Assembly: GCA_021792615.1 (NCBI GenBank)
Contig: JAJYUJ010000022.1
Span: 1-43,805 of the forward strand
Reading direction: 5' to 3'
DNA length: 43,805 nucleotides
Source: a bacterium
GTDB lineage: Bacteria > JAMCPX01
Shown here: in pieces, positions 27,460 through 35,864 of the stretch
Numbering within the stretch: the first letter of the stretch is position 1
How the letters are laid out: each line of letters begins with the position of its first letter
Translations under genes and position numbers: made by a program
Notes under the pieces: generated by a model
Seen by the model: only the letters and a program-made list of their open reading frames with translations
What the model was told of the DNA's origin: nothing
Database searches by the model: none

Positions 27460-27557
27460 GTAAGGGGGTTGACTGTGCAACAGCAATTTATTCCCTGAAA
27501 ACACCGGCTCAAACTACCCCTCCATACCTCTTATCAGGGGATAAGATGGGGAAAAAT

Positions 27558-28760
27558 TCACTTCCAGCCGTTCAAAAGCTTCGGCATCATCTCAAAGCCG
27601 TTCTCGATAAACACTCCGCTCTTCTCCGCACCGAACTCGTCGTATGAAGAGGTGTTTTTAACCTCATGCTCTGAATCATAAAAGAGGAACGGGACCGGTT
27701 CTTCTGTGTGCGTTTTCCGTGCTATCGGTGTCCTGTGGTCCGGCATGATAAGCATTCTGAAAGGACCGGATCGTTTAAGTCCTTCGAGCACACCGCCCAC
27801 GACCTTCTCATCAAAATCCTCTATCGCCTTTATCTTAAGTTCCGTGTCTCCGTTGTGTCCGGCTTCATCCGGTGCTTCCACGTGTATATAGACAAGGTCG
27901 TGGTCCTGCAGCGCATGAACGCCGTACTCTGCCTTGCCTTTGTAGTTCGTGTCCACCCAGCCGGTTATACCCGGGACAGCAATGATATCAAAGCCCGCGA
28001 GCTTGGCAATGCCCCGCACAAGGTCAACCGCTGATATGCATGCGCCCGAGAGATTGTGCAATTTTTTGAACGGGGGGATGTGCATCGCCTTGCCAAGTCC
28101 CCATATCCATATACTGTTAGCCGTGTCCTTGCCCTGAGCTCTGCGCTTTCTATTTACCGGATGGGATTCGAGAATGTCCCATGATGATTTCATCAGGTAT
28201 GTGAGCTTGTCGGCGCCATTGCCCTCGGGCATGTGTGTTGCTATATCCTGATCCGTTATGTCGTGGGGCGGGAACGTATTGATCTTGTCCATGCCATGAT
28301 GCCATACAATGAGGTGGCGGTAGCTGACACCGGGGTAGAAGGTAAAACCGTCATGTTTTAACGAGGAGGAGAGCGCATGAATAAGCTCTACGGCCTCTTC
28401 GGTGGTTATATGTCCTGCGCTATAGTCTTTCATCCTCGCACTGTTACCCTGTCTATCGAGGGTAACGAGGTTGCATCTGCACGCGACATCGTCTTTGTCG
28501 AGCGCTATATCCTGCCCTGCCGCCTCTATCGGTGCCCTGCCGGTATAGTATTCCTTCGGGTCGTAACCGAAAATGGACATATTACCGACATCGCTGCCGG
28601 GATGCATGCCCGCAGGAATCGTCCGTACCATCCCGACAATGCTCTTTTTCGCAAGCATGTCTATGTTCTTCTTCCGTGCAACCGAGAGCGGCGTGCCGCC
28701 TTTCAATTGCTCAAGGGGATAATCGGCCATGCCGTCGCCCTGTAAAATAATATATTTCAT
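27558..28760 (-). CDS. apgM: 2,3-bisphosphoglycerate-independent phosphoglycerate mutase, archaeal type (ApgM family).
   Basis: MKYIILQGDGMADYPL...TPL..A..PN.D.LA..G..G.....P.G..PGSDV....I.GYDP matches archaeal ApgM. 400 aa. Confidence 0.85.
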   Translation of the reverse strand: MKYIILQGDGMADYPLEQLKGGTPLSVARKKNIDMLAKKSIVGMVRTIPAGMHPGSDVGNMSIFGYDPKEYYTGRAPIEAAGQDIALDKDDVACRCNLVTLDRQGNSARMKDYSAGHITTEEAVELIHALSSSLKHDGFTFYPGVSYRHLIVWHHGMDKINTFPPHDITDQDIATHMPEGNGADKLTYLMKSSWDILESHPVNRKRRAQGKDTANSIWIWGLGKAMHIPPFKKLHNLSGACISAVDLVRGIAKLAGFDIIAVPGITGWVDTNYKGKAEYGVHALQDHDLVYIHVEAPDEAGHNGDTELKIKAIEDFDEKVVGGVLEGLKRSGPFRMLIMPDHRTPIARKTHTEEPVPFLFYDSEHEVKNTSSYDEFGAEKSGVFIENGFEMMPKLLNGWK

Positions 28761-29081
28761 GTATCAATTCCTTTCTCGTTTTAATTATATAAATTCATTT
28801 TTAAATAAAAAGCAAGGCAGGCAGACCGCCGCCATCCATGGTAACTATTGAGATAGTGTGAACTAAATGACGATTTTCTCCGACATTACAGGATGCATCG
28901 ATGCTACTCAAGGTGTTACAATTCGCGGGCATCACATGGTACATTGATTTACCCCGGTAGAAAACCACGACCTTTTTAACGGGACTGCCTTACTTGATAA
29001 TCGTATTGAATATGGTAAACTGGAATGCAACGGAGAGGAGTATACCCACAAAACAGGAATGCTGCGCACTTTCCCCTGTTT

Positions 29082-29366
29082 TCATTTTACCCGCCATTTT
29101 GCTATGCCCGCGAAAGTCAGTGCGAGTACAAAAGCCAGGAGTGACACGAGGAGCGATGCGGCCGCAGAGGACATCAGTACGGCAAGGTACTGGTATATAC
29201 CCGTCAGGAAAAAGCCCGCAGCGGCAAGGACCAGAACAGAGGCAACCCCGACAAATGCAAGCGCCCATCCCAGATTCATTACGGCTTTTTTCAATATTTT
29301 TCCTTCTGTTTCCAGCAAACGCAGAAAGGCTGTCACGATATCAAGGAGCGTCGTTAGTATCTGCAT
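29082..29366 (-). CDS. YqjE-like (holin-superfamily-like) small membrane protein.
   Basis: 94 aa with two transmembrane (TM) helices. Follows and overlaps the ElaB/YqjD-like gene, as in the enterobacterial yqjD-yqjE arrangement. Confidence 0.5.
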   Translation of the reverse strand: MQILTTLLDIVTAFLRLLETEGKILKKAVMNLGWALAFVGVASVLVLAAAGFFLTGIYQYLAVLMSSAAASLLVSLLAFVLALTFAGIAKWRVK

Positions 29367-29706
29367 GTTTGCTTTCCTGATACCACAGTTTGGCGATTAT
29401 ATAGCCGAGTCCGAATGCGGCCATAATACTCACCAGCGGGTACTTCCCGACTTCAGCTGCAAGGTCGCTAACCACCTTTTCACCCTGGATCTTCGATGAG
29501 TTGAACTTGTGAAACAGGTCAGACCATACACTATGGCCTTCTTCGCCACGGGTTGAACCTTCCTCCCCGGCCGATGCATGCAGCTGTTCATAGGAAACCC
29601 CGGCTGCTTTCTTCGCGCCGGCAGAGAGACCGGCAATCTCCTGACGTAGATTGGCAATCTGGGCCTTCAGTGCATCCAGTTCGTTTTCATGTGTTTTGTT
29701 CGTCAT
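29341..29706 (-). CDS. ElaB/YqjD/YgaM (DUF883) family ribosome-associated membrane-anchored stress protein.
   Basis: AAGGAGA RBS. N-terminal coiled coil (ELDALKAQIANLRQEIAGL) and a C-terminal TM anchor with the G..LG..IAKLW motif. 121 aa. Confidence 0.65.
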   Translation of the reverse strand: MTNKTHENELDALKAQIANLRQEIAGLSAGAKKAAGVSYEQLHASAGEEGSTRGEEGHSVWSDLFHKFNSSKIQGEKVVSDLAAEVGKYPLVSIMAAFGLGYIIAKLWYQESKHADTNDAP

Positions 29707-30827
29707 ATTCGTTTCTCCTTATGTGTATTTTCCCTCTGTGTTTTGGTATCGGGATCGTTATCTTTTTTCGATATTTGTGGAATACTTTCAGCGGCCGATT
29801 CTCGTCCGAGTAATACAGCGATCCATTGCGTGCTTTTATTGTTCTCGCATGCAAACTTCAGGGTCATGGTTAACGGTACGCACAGAATCATCCCGATCGA
29901 ACCAAGCATGCTTCCCCAAAAGACCAATGAGAGAAAGACAACCAGCGTGGACAGTCCGAGCCTCCACCCCATAAGCCTCGTTTCAATCACATTGCCAAGT
30001 ACGAGATCAACAGCCAGATATCCTGCAGCCGCGAGCGCTGCAGTGCCTGCTCCGAGTTGGATAAGGGTGAGAAGGATAGCTGGGACGGCGGCGATAATAC
30101 CGCCGATATTGGGTACGTAGTGCAGCAAAAAGGCGATGAAGCCCCAAAGGACGGGAAATTTCACACCAAGGATGGACAGCAGCAGCCATATCAGAATCCC
30201 CGTAGCCAGGCTTATAATCGTCTTGATTACCATATAGCGCTCGATATTCCCGACAAACCCCGTGAACTCGGGAAATGTCTGCTGCGGGTCGCCAAGAACA
30301 GCGCGGAGTTTGACAGGAAAGCTTGGGGCCTCAAACAGGATGAAGGCTACGGTGAGCAAAATAAGAATAATGTTCGAAAGCGCAGCACCCAACCCGGAAA
30401 GCAAGCGGGTGGTCAGGCTCATCACAGCACCCGGATTGATAAATCCGAGCAGAACCTTGCTCATACCCTGGATCCTGATACCCTTGGTTGCCAAAAAAGA
30501 CTGGAATTCTGGCACTTGTTCCTGTAAACGTGCCTGATAAGCAGGCAATTCCGTGTAAAACCTGTTGATGGACACACCTACGCTTGCACCGACAATCAAC
30601 AGGACGATGATCATACCCGTCAGCACGATGAGCACCGAAACAATGGAAGGGATGCGTTTGCGCTCAAGCCATAGTACAGGTGGCGTCCCGATGATAGCAA
30701 AAAAAACCGCTATAAAAAAAGACACCAGAACTGTTTGTGCCTGATTGATACCCCAGATGATGATCGCGAGCGCTGCCACTATGATGAGGAAACGCATTAC
30801 CCGGTCAGATTTACTCTGATCCTTCAT
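29703..30827 (-). CDS. AI-2E family transporter (PerM/YhhT-like permease).
   Basis: Multi-TM protein with AI-2E-like blocks (GFIAFLLHYVPNIGGIIAAVPAILLTL). Start reassigned to MKDQSKSDRVMRFLII at 30827, which has a GAGGAGG RBS. The track ORF extends a further 99 codons upstream with no support. Confidence 0.8.
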   Translation of the reverse strand: MKDQSKSDRVMRFLIIVAALAIIIWGINQAQTVLVSFFIAVFFAIIGTPPVLWLERKRIPSIVSVLIVLTGMIIVLLIVGASVGVSINRFYTELPAYQARLQEQVPEFQSFLATKGIRIQGMSKVLLGFINPGAVMSLTTRLLSGLGAALSNIILILLTVAFILFEAPSFPVKLRAVLGDPQQTFPEFTGFVGNIERYMVIKTIISLATGILIWLLLSILGVKFPVLWGFIAFLLHYVPNIGGIIAAVPAILLTLIQLGAGTAALAAAGYLAVDLVLGNVIETRLMGWRLGLSTLVVFLSLVFWGSMLGSIGMILCVPLTMTLKFACENNKSTQWIAVLLGRESAAESIPQISKKDNDPDTKTQRENTHKEKRI

Positions 30828-30916
30828 AGACAAATTGCCTCCTCGCCATGGACATGCAGATACACTTTTTTGCCCTTCATCGCAAACTCCCTGCAGCCAA
30901 AACGATTTTATTTCTG

Positions 30917-31138
30917 TCAGCCTTTTTTCTTTCCCACGACCAGCAATACAATACCGCCCACGAGCGCAATACCGCCCACGATCGGCGGCAGAGGAAGCGT
31001 TTTCGTCTTCTCCGCAGTCATCTGGATAGGACCGATATTCACGACCTTCTCTCTGGTCGTGTACGTGATACCCTGATACGTGAGTATGACGATCCCGATC
31101 ACGACAAGGATGATTCCTGTCCACGTGTATGTCTTCAT
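30917..31138 (-). CDS. Small membrane protein, 73 aa, two TM helices.
   Basis: AAGGAGA RBS. Hydrophobic N- and C-terminal helices, with KKKG at the C-terminus. Confidence 0.5.
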   Translation of the reverse strand: MKTYTWTGIILVVIGIVILTYQGITYTTREKVVNIGPIQMTAEKTKTLPLPPIVGGIALVGGIVLLVVGKKKG

Positions 31139-31186
31139 TTTTCTCCTTCTTTCATTACCCTGTATGAATTGATATCTTCACGCAGA

Positions 31187-31336
31187 TTACAAAACTTTTC
31201 GTCCCTGAATGACCCTGACCAGAACCACGATAATAGCAATTACCAGAAGGATGTGAATCAACCCACCCATGGTGTAACCAGTCAAGAACCCCAGCAACCA
31301 CAGAACTATCAGTATTACAGCGATCGTCCACAACAT
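31187..31336 (-). CDS. lmo0937-family micro membrane protein, about 49 aa.
   Basis: MLWTIAVILIVLWLLGFLTGYTMGGLIHILLVIAIIVVLVRVIQGR is a near-consensus lmo0937-family sequence. Start moved to the internal Met (31336); the track ORF starts at 31372. Confidence 0.6.
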   Translation of the reverse strand: MLWTIAVILIVLWLLGFLTGYTMGGLIHILLVIAIIVVLVRVIQGRKVL

Positions 31337-31406
31337 ATCTTCCTTTATTTGTTCCACGAGGTATTGCCTCATGGACTTACATCAAATGATTGTCTTTATT
31401 TTTGCC

Positions 31407-32237
31407 CTACGGGGCGGTAACCGCATTATTGTTCAAAGTGACCGCGGTCTGTGCCAACAGTCTGCCGTTTACTGATGCGCCCTTATTGAGCGTGATCCCG
31501 GTCTGCGACAGTATCACACCCTCCATGTGTGCGGTCGTTCCGATGGCTACGACACCTGCGGACTGCCAGAAAATGTTCTGGGGCAATGCACCACCGGCCA
31601 AGATCACCTTCGCTCCGGAAGCCACGGTAATACCTTTTGCAATCTGGAAGATCCAAACATCATTCGGTCCGCCGTTGAGTGTGACATTCGTTGGGATTGA
31701 AACTCCTGTACTCCATTTGTAGGTTGCAGGGGAAAGGGTCATCCCGCCGATATTTCCGGCACCAAGTTCGGTATAATCAGGAGTTCGTCCTGCGGCATCG
31801 GTGTACGCAGTCAGCATATCGCTTACAGCCGTGGTCAGGTTGGAAGGGGTCGGAGGCGCATAGTTAGCTGCGTATACTTTTCCGGTCACCTGAGACGATG
31901 TCGCAAATACACCGGTACTGTCCAATACCAATGCCCATCCGGTTAAGAAACTCGCGGCCGCCGGACTCACTCCGATATCTCCGGTTATAGCAGAGGTTGG
32001 AACGGTTGAGATCCCTGTTTTAGCCAGAATCACATAATTGCCGGCGGTACCAAGAACCACCGGTGCAGGGCCTTTCCCTATGCCGCCTACTCCTGTGCCG
32101 GAGCCTGGGACGGTTGGTGAAGCAACAGAGGATGAACTGCTTGAACTCCCGCATCCCGTAATTAAAAACACAGCCAGCAATGATGCGATAAGCCACAGAT
32201 TAGCATACCCTTTGCATTTGTTTTTTGATTTGTTCAT
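31407..32237 (-). CDS. DUF3494 (ice-binding-like) family lipoprotein.
   Basis: LGTAGNYVILAKTGISTVPTSAITGDIGVSPAAASFLTGW and ILSQTGITLNKGASVNGRLLAQTAVTL match the DUF3494 beta-solenoid signature. Lipobox LITGC. Start reassigned to the MNKSKNK Met at 32237 (AAGGAGGA RBS); the track ORF has a 19-codon extension. Confidence 0.7.
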   Translation of the reverse strand: MNKSKNKCKGYANLWLIASLLAVFLITGCGSSSSSSSVASPTVPGSGTGVGGIGKGPAPVVLGTAGNYVILAKTGISTVPTSAITGDIGVSPAAASFLTGWALVLDSTGVFATSSQVTGKVYAANYAPPTPSNLTTAVSDMLTAYTDAAGRTPDYTELGAGNIGGMTLSPATYKWSTGVSIPTNVTLNGGPNDVWIFQIAKGITVASGAKVILAGGALPQNIFWQSAGVVAIGTTAHMEGVILSQTGITLNKGASVNGRLLAQTAVTLNNNAVTAP

Positions 32238-32317
32238 ATATGTTTCCTCCTTGAAAACAGTTAGCTCTTCGTTGCAAACCTGAATAGACTGCAACTCTTT
32301 TTGTTGTTATTTTATTA

Positions 32318-32408
32318 CAGGGAGATCAAGAAGAACATCGGAAGGTTTCCAAATATATTGTAGGAATATACCCATGTTTTTGTAAGCAGTTGTCTTACAG
32401 GTAAGTAC
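32318..32408. repeat. Copy A of a 91-bp near-identical intergenic element. It lies 3' of the rpoH-like stop and 5' of the DUF3494 gene. Copy B is at 33271-33361.
   Basis: cagggagatcaagaagaacatcggaaggtttccaaatatattgtaggaa is identical for 49 nt in both copies. About 96 percent identity over 91 bp. Contains the hairpin tgtaag-cagttgt-cttaca. Weaker similarity extends to the LVD-stop codons of both upstream genes. Confidence 0.8.
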
Positions 32409-32417
32409 CGGATTACT

Positions 32418-33233
32418 TTAATCTACCAGAGGGGTAATAGAATATTTGAGTTTAGACAGGGCCTTTTGCTCAAGCTGTCGCACACGTTCTTTGGATATAC
32501 TGTATTTCTCGCCGATCGCCTGCAGAGAAAACGGGGTATCCGACATGACCCTGTGCTTTATAATGTACTGTTCCCTTTCCGGAAGGGTTTTTACCATGCT
32601 GTTCACTGTTTGTTTTAAAACCGATGCCTCTTCCAACCTGCTAATACTTTCTTCGGTGTTCTCGCGATCATCAACAAGCTGGTCAAGGTGCGACTCCCTG
32701 CTCTCTTCGTCCAGGGGAATATCCAGGGAAACATCTCGTAATCTGAGCCTGTTTTCAAAGTCTTTTGCCTTTTTCTCTGTATTTCTTTCATCATCCAGCA
32801 TGTCCGGGTTGGGTTCCGGCTGAACTTTGTTCAGAGAATAGAACAGCTTCCTTTGCAGTTGCGTGGTACCTATCTTTACGAGACTCCATGTTTTCATGAT
32901 GAAGTTCTGTATGTAAGCCCTTATCCACCACACCGCATAAGAGATTAACCGGAACCCCTTATATGGATCGAATTTCTTTACAGCCATCATGATCCCCACG
33001 TTGCCTTCCTGAATCAAGTCCATCAGTTTCACATTGTAATGCCTGTACTCCAGAGCTATCTTTACGACAAACCTCAAATTGGATGTCACCAGCGTGTGGG
33101 CTGCGTGGACATCTTTTTTCTGATAGTATATTATTGCCAGTTTCTTTTCCTCCTGAGGAGTTAAAAGAGGGTATTTATCTATCTGGGCCAGGTATTTTGT
33201 AATGCTATCATCCACTACCGTTTGCATAGTCAT
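32418..33233 (-). CDS. rpoH: RNA polymerase sigma factor, sigma-32 (RpoH)-like, sigma-70 family.
   Basis: LIQEGNVGIMMAVKKFDPYKGFRLISYAVWWIRAYIQNFIMKTWSLVKIGTTQLQRKLFYSL parallels the RpoH region 2 and the RpoH box (QRKLFFNL). AAGGAG RBS. 271 aa. Confidence 0.75.
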   Translation of the reverse strand: MTMQTVVDDSITKYLAQIDKYPLLTPQEEKKLAIIYYQKKDVHAAHTLVTSNLRFVVKIALEYRHYNVKLMDLIQEGNVGIMMAVKKFDPYKGFRLISYAVWWIRAYIQNFIMKTWSLVKIGTTQLQRKLFYSLNKVQPEPNPDMLDDERNTEKKAKDFENRLRLRDVSLDIPLDEESRESHLDQLVDDRENTEESISRLEEASVLKQTVNSMVKTLPEREQYIIKHRVMSDTPFSLQAIGEKYSISKERVRQLEQKALSKLKYSITPLVD

Positions 33234-33270
33234 CTCCTTCTTTCCATTTTTACACTGTTTAATTTTATCG

Positions 33271-33361
33271 CAGGGAGATCAAGAAGAACATCGGAAGGTT
33301 TCCAAATATATTGTAGGAACATACTCATGTTTTTGTAAGCAGTTGTCCTACAGGTCAGCAG
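33271..33361. repeat. Copy B of the 91-bp element. It lies 3' of the response-regulator stop and 5' of the rpoH-like gene.
   Basis: See copy A. Confidence 0.8.
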
Positions 33362-33370
33362 AAGATTGAT

Positions 33371-34003
33371 TCAATCTACAAGGTGGTTCTGTATGGCATA
33401 GCTGGTCAATTCAGCATTGTTTTTCAGGTGCATTTTTTCCAATATACGGCTTCTGTATGTGCTGATGGTCTTGACACTCAAAAACAGTATCCCGGCAACT
33501 TCGCCTATTGTCTTACCCGAGGCAATCATACATAAAACCTCATACTCCCTGTCGGAGAGCTGTTCATGAAGCTCCTTTTCCTTATCGACATCAAGATTGA
33601 GGGCCAATATTTCAGCAAATGTAGGGCTGACATATTTTCTGCCCTCTGCCACAATCCGTATTGCTGATACCAGTTCCTCAGGTGCGCTGTCCTTTGTCAT
33701 ATACCCCGCTGCTCCTGCCCGCAAGACCCGTATCGCGTATTGATCTTCAGGATACATGCTCAGTATGAGAACGGGGAGTTTGGGGCGTTCGGTCTTTATT
33801 TCCTTTAAAGCATCGAGACCGCTCTTGCCGGGCATGGCTATGTCCAGGACAACCACGGAATAATCGTTTTTTCTGACCTTATCGAGCACTTCTATGGCGC
33901 TGGCGGCTTCATCGACTACCGCAATGTCGGAGACTCCCGAAAGAATCTTCTTCAGCCCTATGCGAACCACAGAATGATCATCACCTATGAGCACATTAAT
34001 CAT
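33371..34003 (-). CDS. Response regulator, NarL/FixJ (LuxR-type HTH) family.
   Basis: REC domain (VLIGDDHSVVRIGLKKIL...VVVLDIAMPGKSGLD) plus a C-terminal LuxR HTH (LSDREYEVLCMIASGKTIGEVAGILFLSVKTISTYRSRILEKM). Confidence 0.85.
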   Translation of the reverse strand: MINVLIGDDHSVVRIGLKKILSGVSDIAVVDEAASAIEVLDKVRKNDYSVVVLDIAMPGKSGLDALKEIKTERPKLPVLILSMYPEDQYAIRVLRAGAAGYMTKDSAPEELVSAIRIVAEGRKYVSPTFAEILALNLDVDKEKELHEQLSDREYEVLCMIASGKTIGEVAGILFLSVKTISTYRSRILEKMHLKNNAELTSYAIQNHLVD

Positions 34004-34074
34004 AATTCTATCATAACAGACAATACGTGGATAAGTCTATCAGCATAACAATGATTCTTCTATCGGTTTTTGTC

Positions 34075-35415
34075 TTACAAGAAAACCTTTGAAGGAGCAT
34101 CAGCGGTAAATTTCTTATCGTTGGGCGTATGGCGTTTCTGAAGTGGAATGCTTACAACAATCGAGGTCCCTTTACCATGAATCCCTTTGATCTCGAATTG
34201 ACCGTCCAAATAATTCACCCGTTCTCTTATGCCCATCAGGCCAAAGCTTCTGTGCCTGGTAAGCTGCTTTTGTGTTATCCCTTTGCCGTTATCTCTGAAA
34301 TATAAAGCAATTTCCTTTTTCTTTTTTTCTAAGGCGCATCGGACTTTTGTTGCTTGTGCATGACGGGCAACATTGGTAAGCAGCTCCTGGAGGATTCGGA
34401 AAATCGCTATGGTGACCTCCTGATCAAGAATTATCCCTTTCGGTTTTATGAAAACAGAGCATTGAATTCCTGTCCGTTTCTCAAATTCGGTCATTTGCCA
34501 TTCAATTGCCGCTCCTATGCCAAGGTGATCAAGTAATGAGGGTCTCAAGTCCGTGCAAATTCTTTTTATTGTTTCGATACTCCCGTCGATCTGTTTCATC
34601 ATGCTTTCTATTTTTTCCATGATCGGTTTGTGGGCTTTGTTCAGTCTGCCGATCAATGACAAATCGATTTTCAAAGCTGTCAGTTCCTGCCCCATTCCAT
34701 CATGCAGCTCGCGTGCTAATCTCGCCCTCTCCTCTTCCCTTACCGATCGCAGGTGCCAGAAAAGGTCACGCAACTGTTTATTGGCTCTAATTAATTCTTT
34801 CTCTGCTTTCGTTCGTTCCTGTATTTCCCGCTTCAGATGTTCGGTTGTTCCTTGCAATTCAGCGGTCCGTTGTTTCACGCGAAGCTCCAATTCATTGCGT
34901 GCTTTTTCGAGCTCCTTTTCTACACGTTTGCGCAGTGTGATGTTGCGGACGTTGCACTGGATAATCTTCTCATGATCGACAAGGTAGACATTACTGACAA
35001 ATTCGACATCAATGGGACGGCCGTCTTTTGTCTCAATCGGTAAATGTTCGTACCGCACATACCCTTTGGTTTGCAATTCTGAAAACCGGAGCTTCGATGC
35101 TGCAATGTCTTTGAAAGGACCGATTTCCCAGAGTTTCTTTTTCAGAAAATACTGATGTGAATATCCCAGCATCTTTATCAGGAATGGGTTAACATCGAGG
35201 ATTTGCCCTGTATCTGCATCGAGAAGTAATATCCCGTCTTGGGCGGTTTCGAAGAGCCTGCGGTAACGGGTTTCCGATACCTGCAATGCCTCCTCTGCCT
35301 TTTTGCGTTTTGTTGATTCTGCTACCAGCTCCTCAATGCGATGATGCAGCGTGGCTGATTCATTTATGGTTGTATATTGCTCTTTTGCTCTTTTGCTCTT
35401 TTGCTTTGTCTTCAT
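34075..35415 (-). CDS. Sensor histidine kinase (PAS domain, HisKA_3 dimerisation domain, HATPase). Partner of the NarL-type regulator.
   Basis: PAS-like region. HisKA_3 motif ELHDGMGQELTALKIDL. ATPase G-boxes RDNGKGI and GLMGIRERV. Confidence 0.8.
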   Translation of the reverse strand: MKTKQKSKRAKEQYTTINESATLHHRIEELVAESTKRKKAEEALQVSETRYRRLFETAQDGILLLDADTGQILDVNPFLIKMLGYSHQYFLKKKLWEIGPFKDIAASKLRFSELQTKGYVRYEHLPIETKDGRPIDVEFVSNVYLVDHEKIIQCNVRNITLRKRVEKELEKARNELELRVKQRTAELQGTTEHLKREIQERTKAEKELIRANKQLRDLFWHLRSVREEERARLARELHDGMGQELTALKIDLSLIGRLNKAHKPIMEKIESMMKQIDGSIETIKRICTDLRPSLLDHLGIGAAIEWQMTEFEKRTGIQCSVFIKPKGIILDQEVTIAIFRILQELLTNVARHAQATKVRCALEKKKKEIALYFRDNGKGITQKQLTRHRSFGLMGIRERVNYLDGQFEIKGIHGKGTSIVVSIPLQKRHTPNDKKFTADAPSKVFL

Positions 35416-35547
35416 ATCCCATATTTATTTTTTTAATAAACATTGTATGATCCTGTATTATTTAATACCATTCCTTTGCTAAGAGTCAATCTTTTTAAAT
35501 AGTATACAATCATCTGTAAACCATTTTTCAGCGTGATTAATGAAGAT

Positions 35548-35631
35548 TGCCGGGGAAGGGAATTGAACCCTTATGTCCCGGAGGACGGGGGATTTTGAGT
35601 CCCCTGCGTCTACCAGTTCCGCCACCCCGGC
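35548..35631 (-). tRNA. tRNA-Leu (anticodon CAA), class II with a long variable arm.
   Basis: Reverse complement reads GCCGGGGTGGCGGAACTGGTAGACGC...GACTCAAAATCC...long variable arm...GGTTCAATTCCC..CCCCGGCA. Anticodon loop CT-CAA-AA. 84 nt. Confidence 0.85.
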
Positions 35632-35864
35632 GTGGTATCAGCGTATTTCTAAAGCATATTCTTGTTATTTTCAAGTAAAATGTATCAGATGAATATAACC
35701 GCATGATTCTACATTATACCTGTAGAGCACAAAAAACGTTATTTTACGGACAAAATGTGTAATGGCGTCCGGCTTAACTATTGAGATTTGAGATAATAGT
35801 GCAGGGCAGAACGCCTTCTTTTTTTCGGCAGGATAAGTCAGCTAAGATCTGTTATATCAGGCAC

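Noticed and set aside
27421-27557. Similarity of the crp-apgM spacer (cttatcagggg, CCCCC hairpin) to the 420-bp repeat hairpin region.
   Set aside because: The shared strings are short (about 11 nt), G/C-homopolymer-based, and plausible by chance. It is not treated as a third repeat copy.
28994-29499. Plus-strand ORFs of 128 and 146 aa overlapping the yqjE/elaB genes.
   Set aside because: They are antisense to well-supported minus-strand genes with RBSs. Their amino-acid composition is Arg/Ala-rich, as expected for reverse-strand translation.
29703-31124. Track ORF that gives a 473-aa AI-2E transporter with a 99-aa Arg/Asp/Cys-rich N-terminal extension.
   Set aside because: The extension has no membrane or secretory features and overlaps the upstream small-protein gene. 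A GAGGAGG RBS precedes the internal Met at 30827. Start moved there.
31337-31372. 12-codon N-terminal extension of the lmo0937-family ORF, and similar short extensions on the DUF3494, AKR and hypothetical genes (32238-32294, 40547-40585, 36543-36560).
   Set aside because: Internal Mets carry strong Shine-Dalgarno sequences and match the family N-termini. The extensions are artefacts of six-frame translation.
32318-33361. Sigma-54 (-24/-12) or sigma-32 (CTTGAA-N14-CCCCATNT) promoter inside the 91-bp element.
   Set aside because: The GG/GC spacing does not fit sigma-54. Only a partial sigma-32-like match (ACCCATGT) exists, and it is on the strand opposite to the genes. No promoter class could be assigned.
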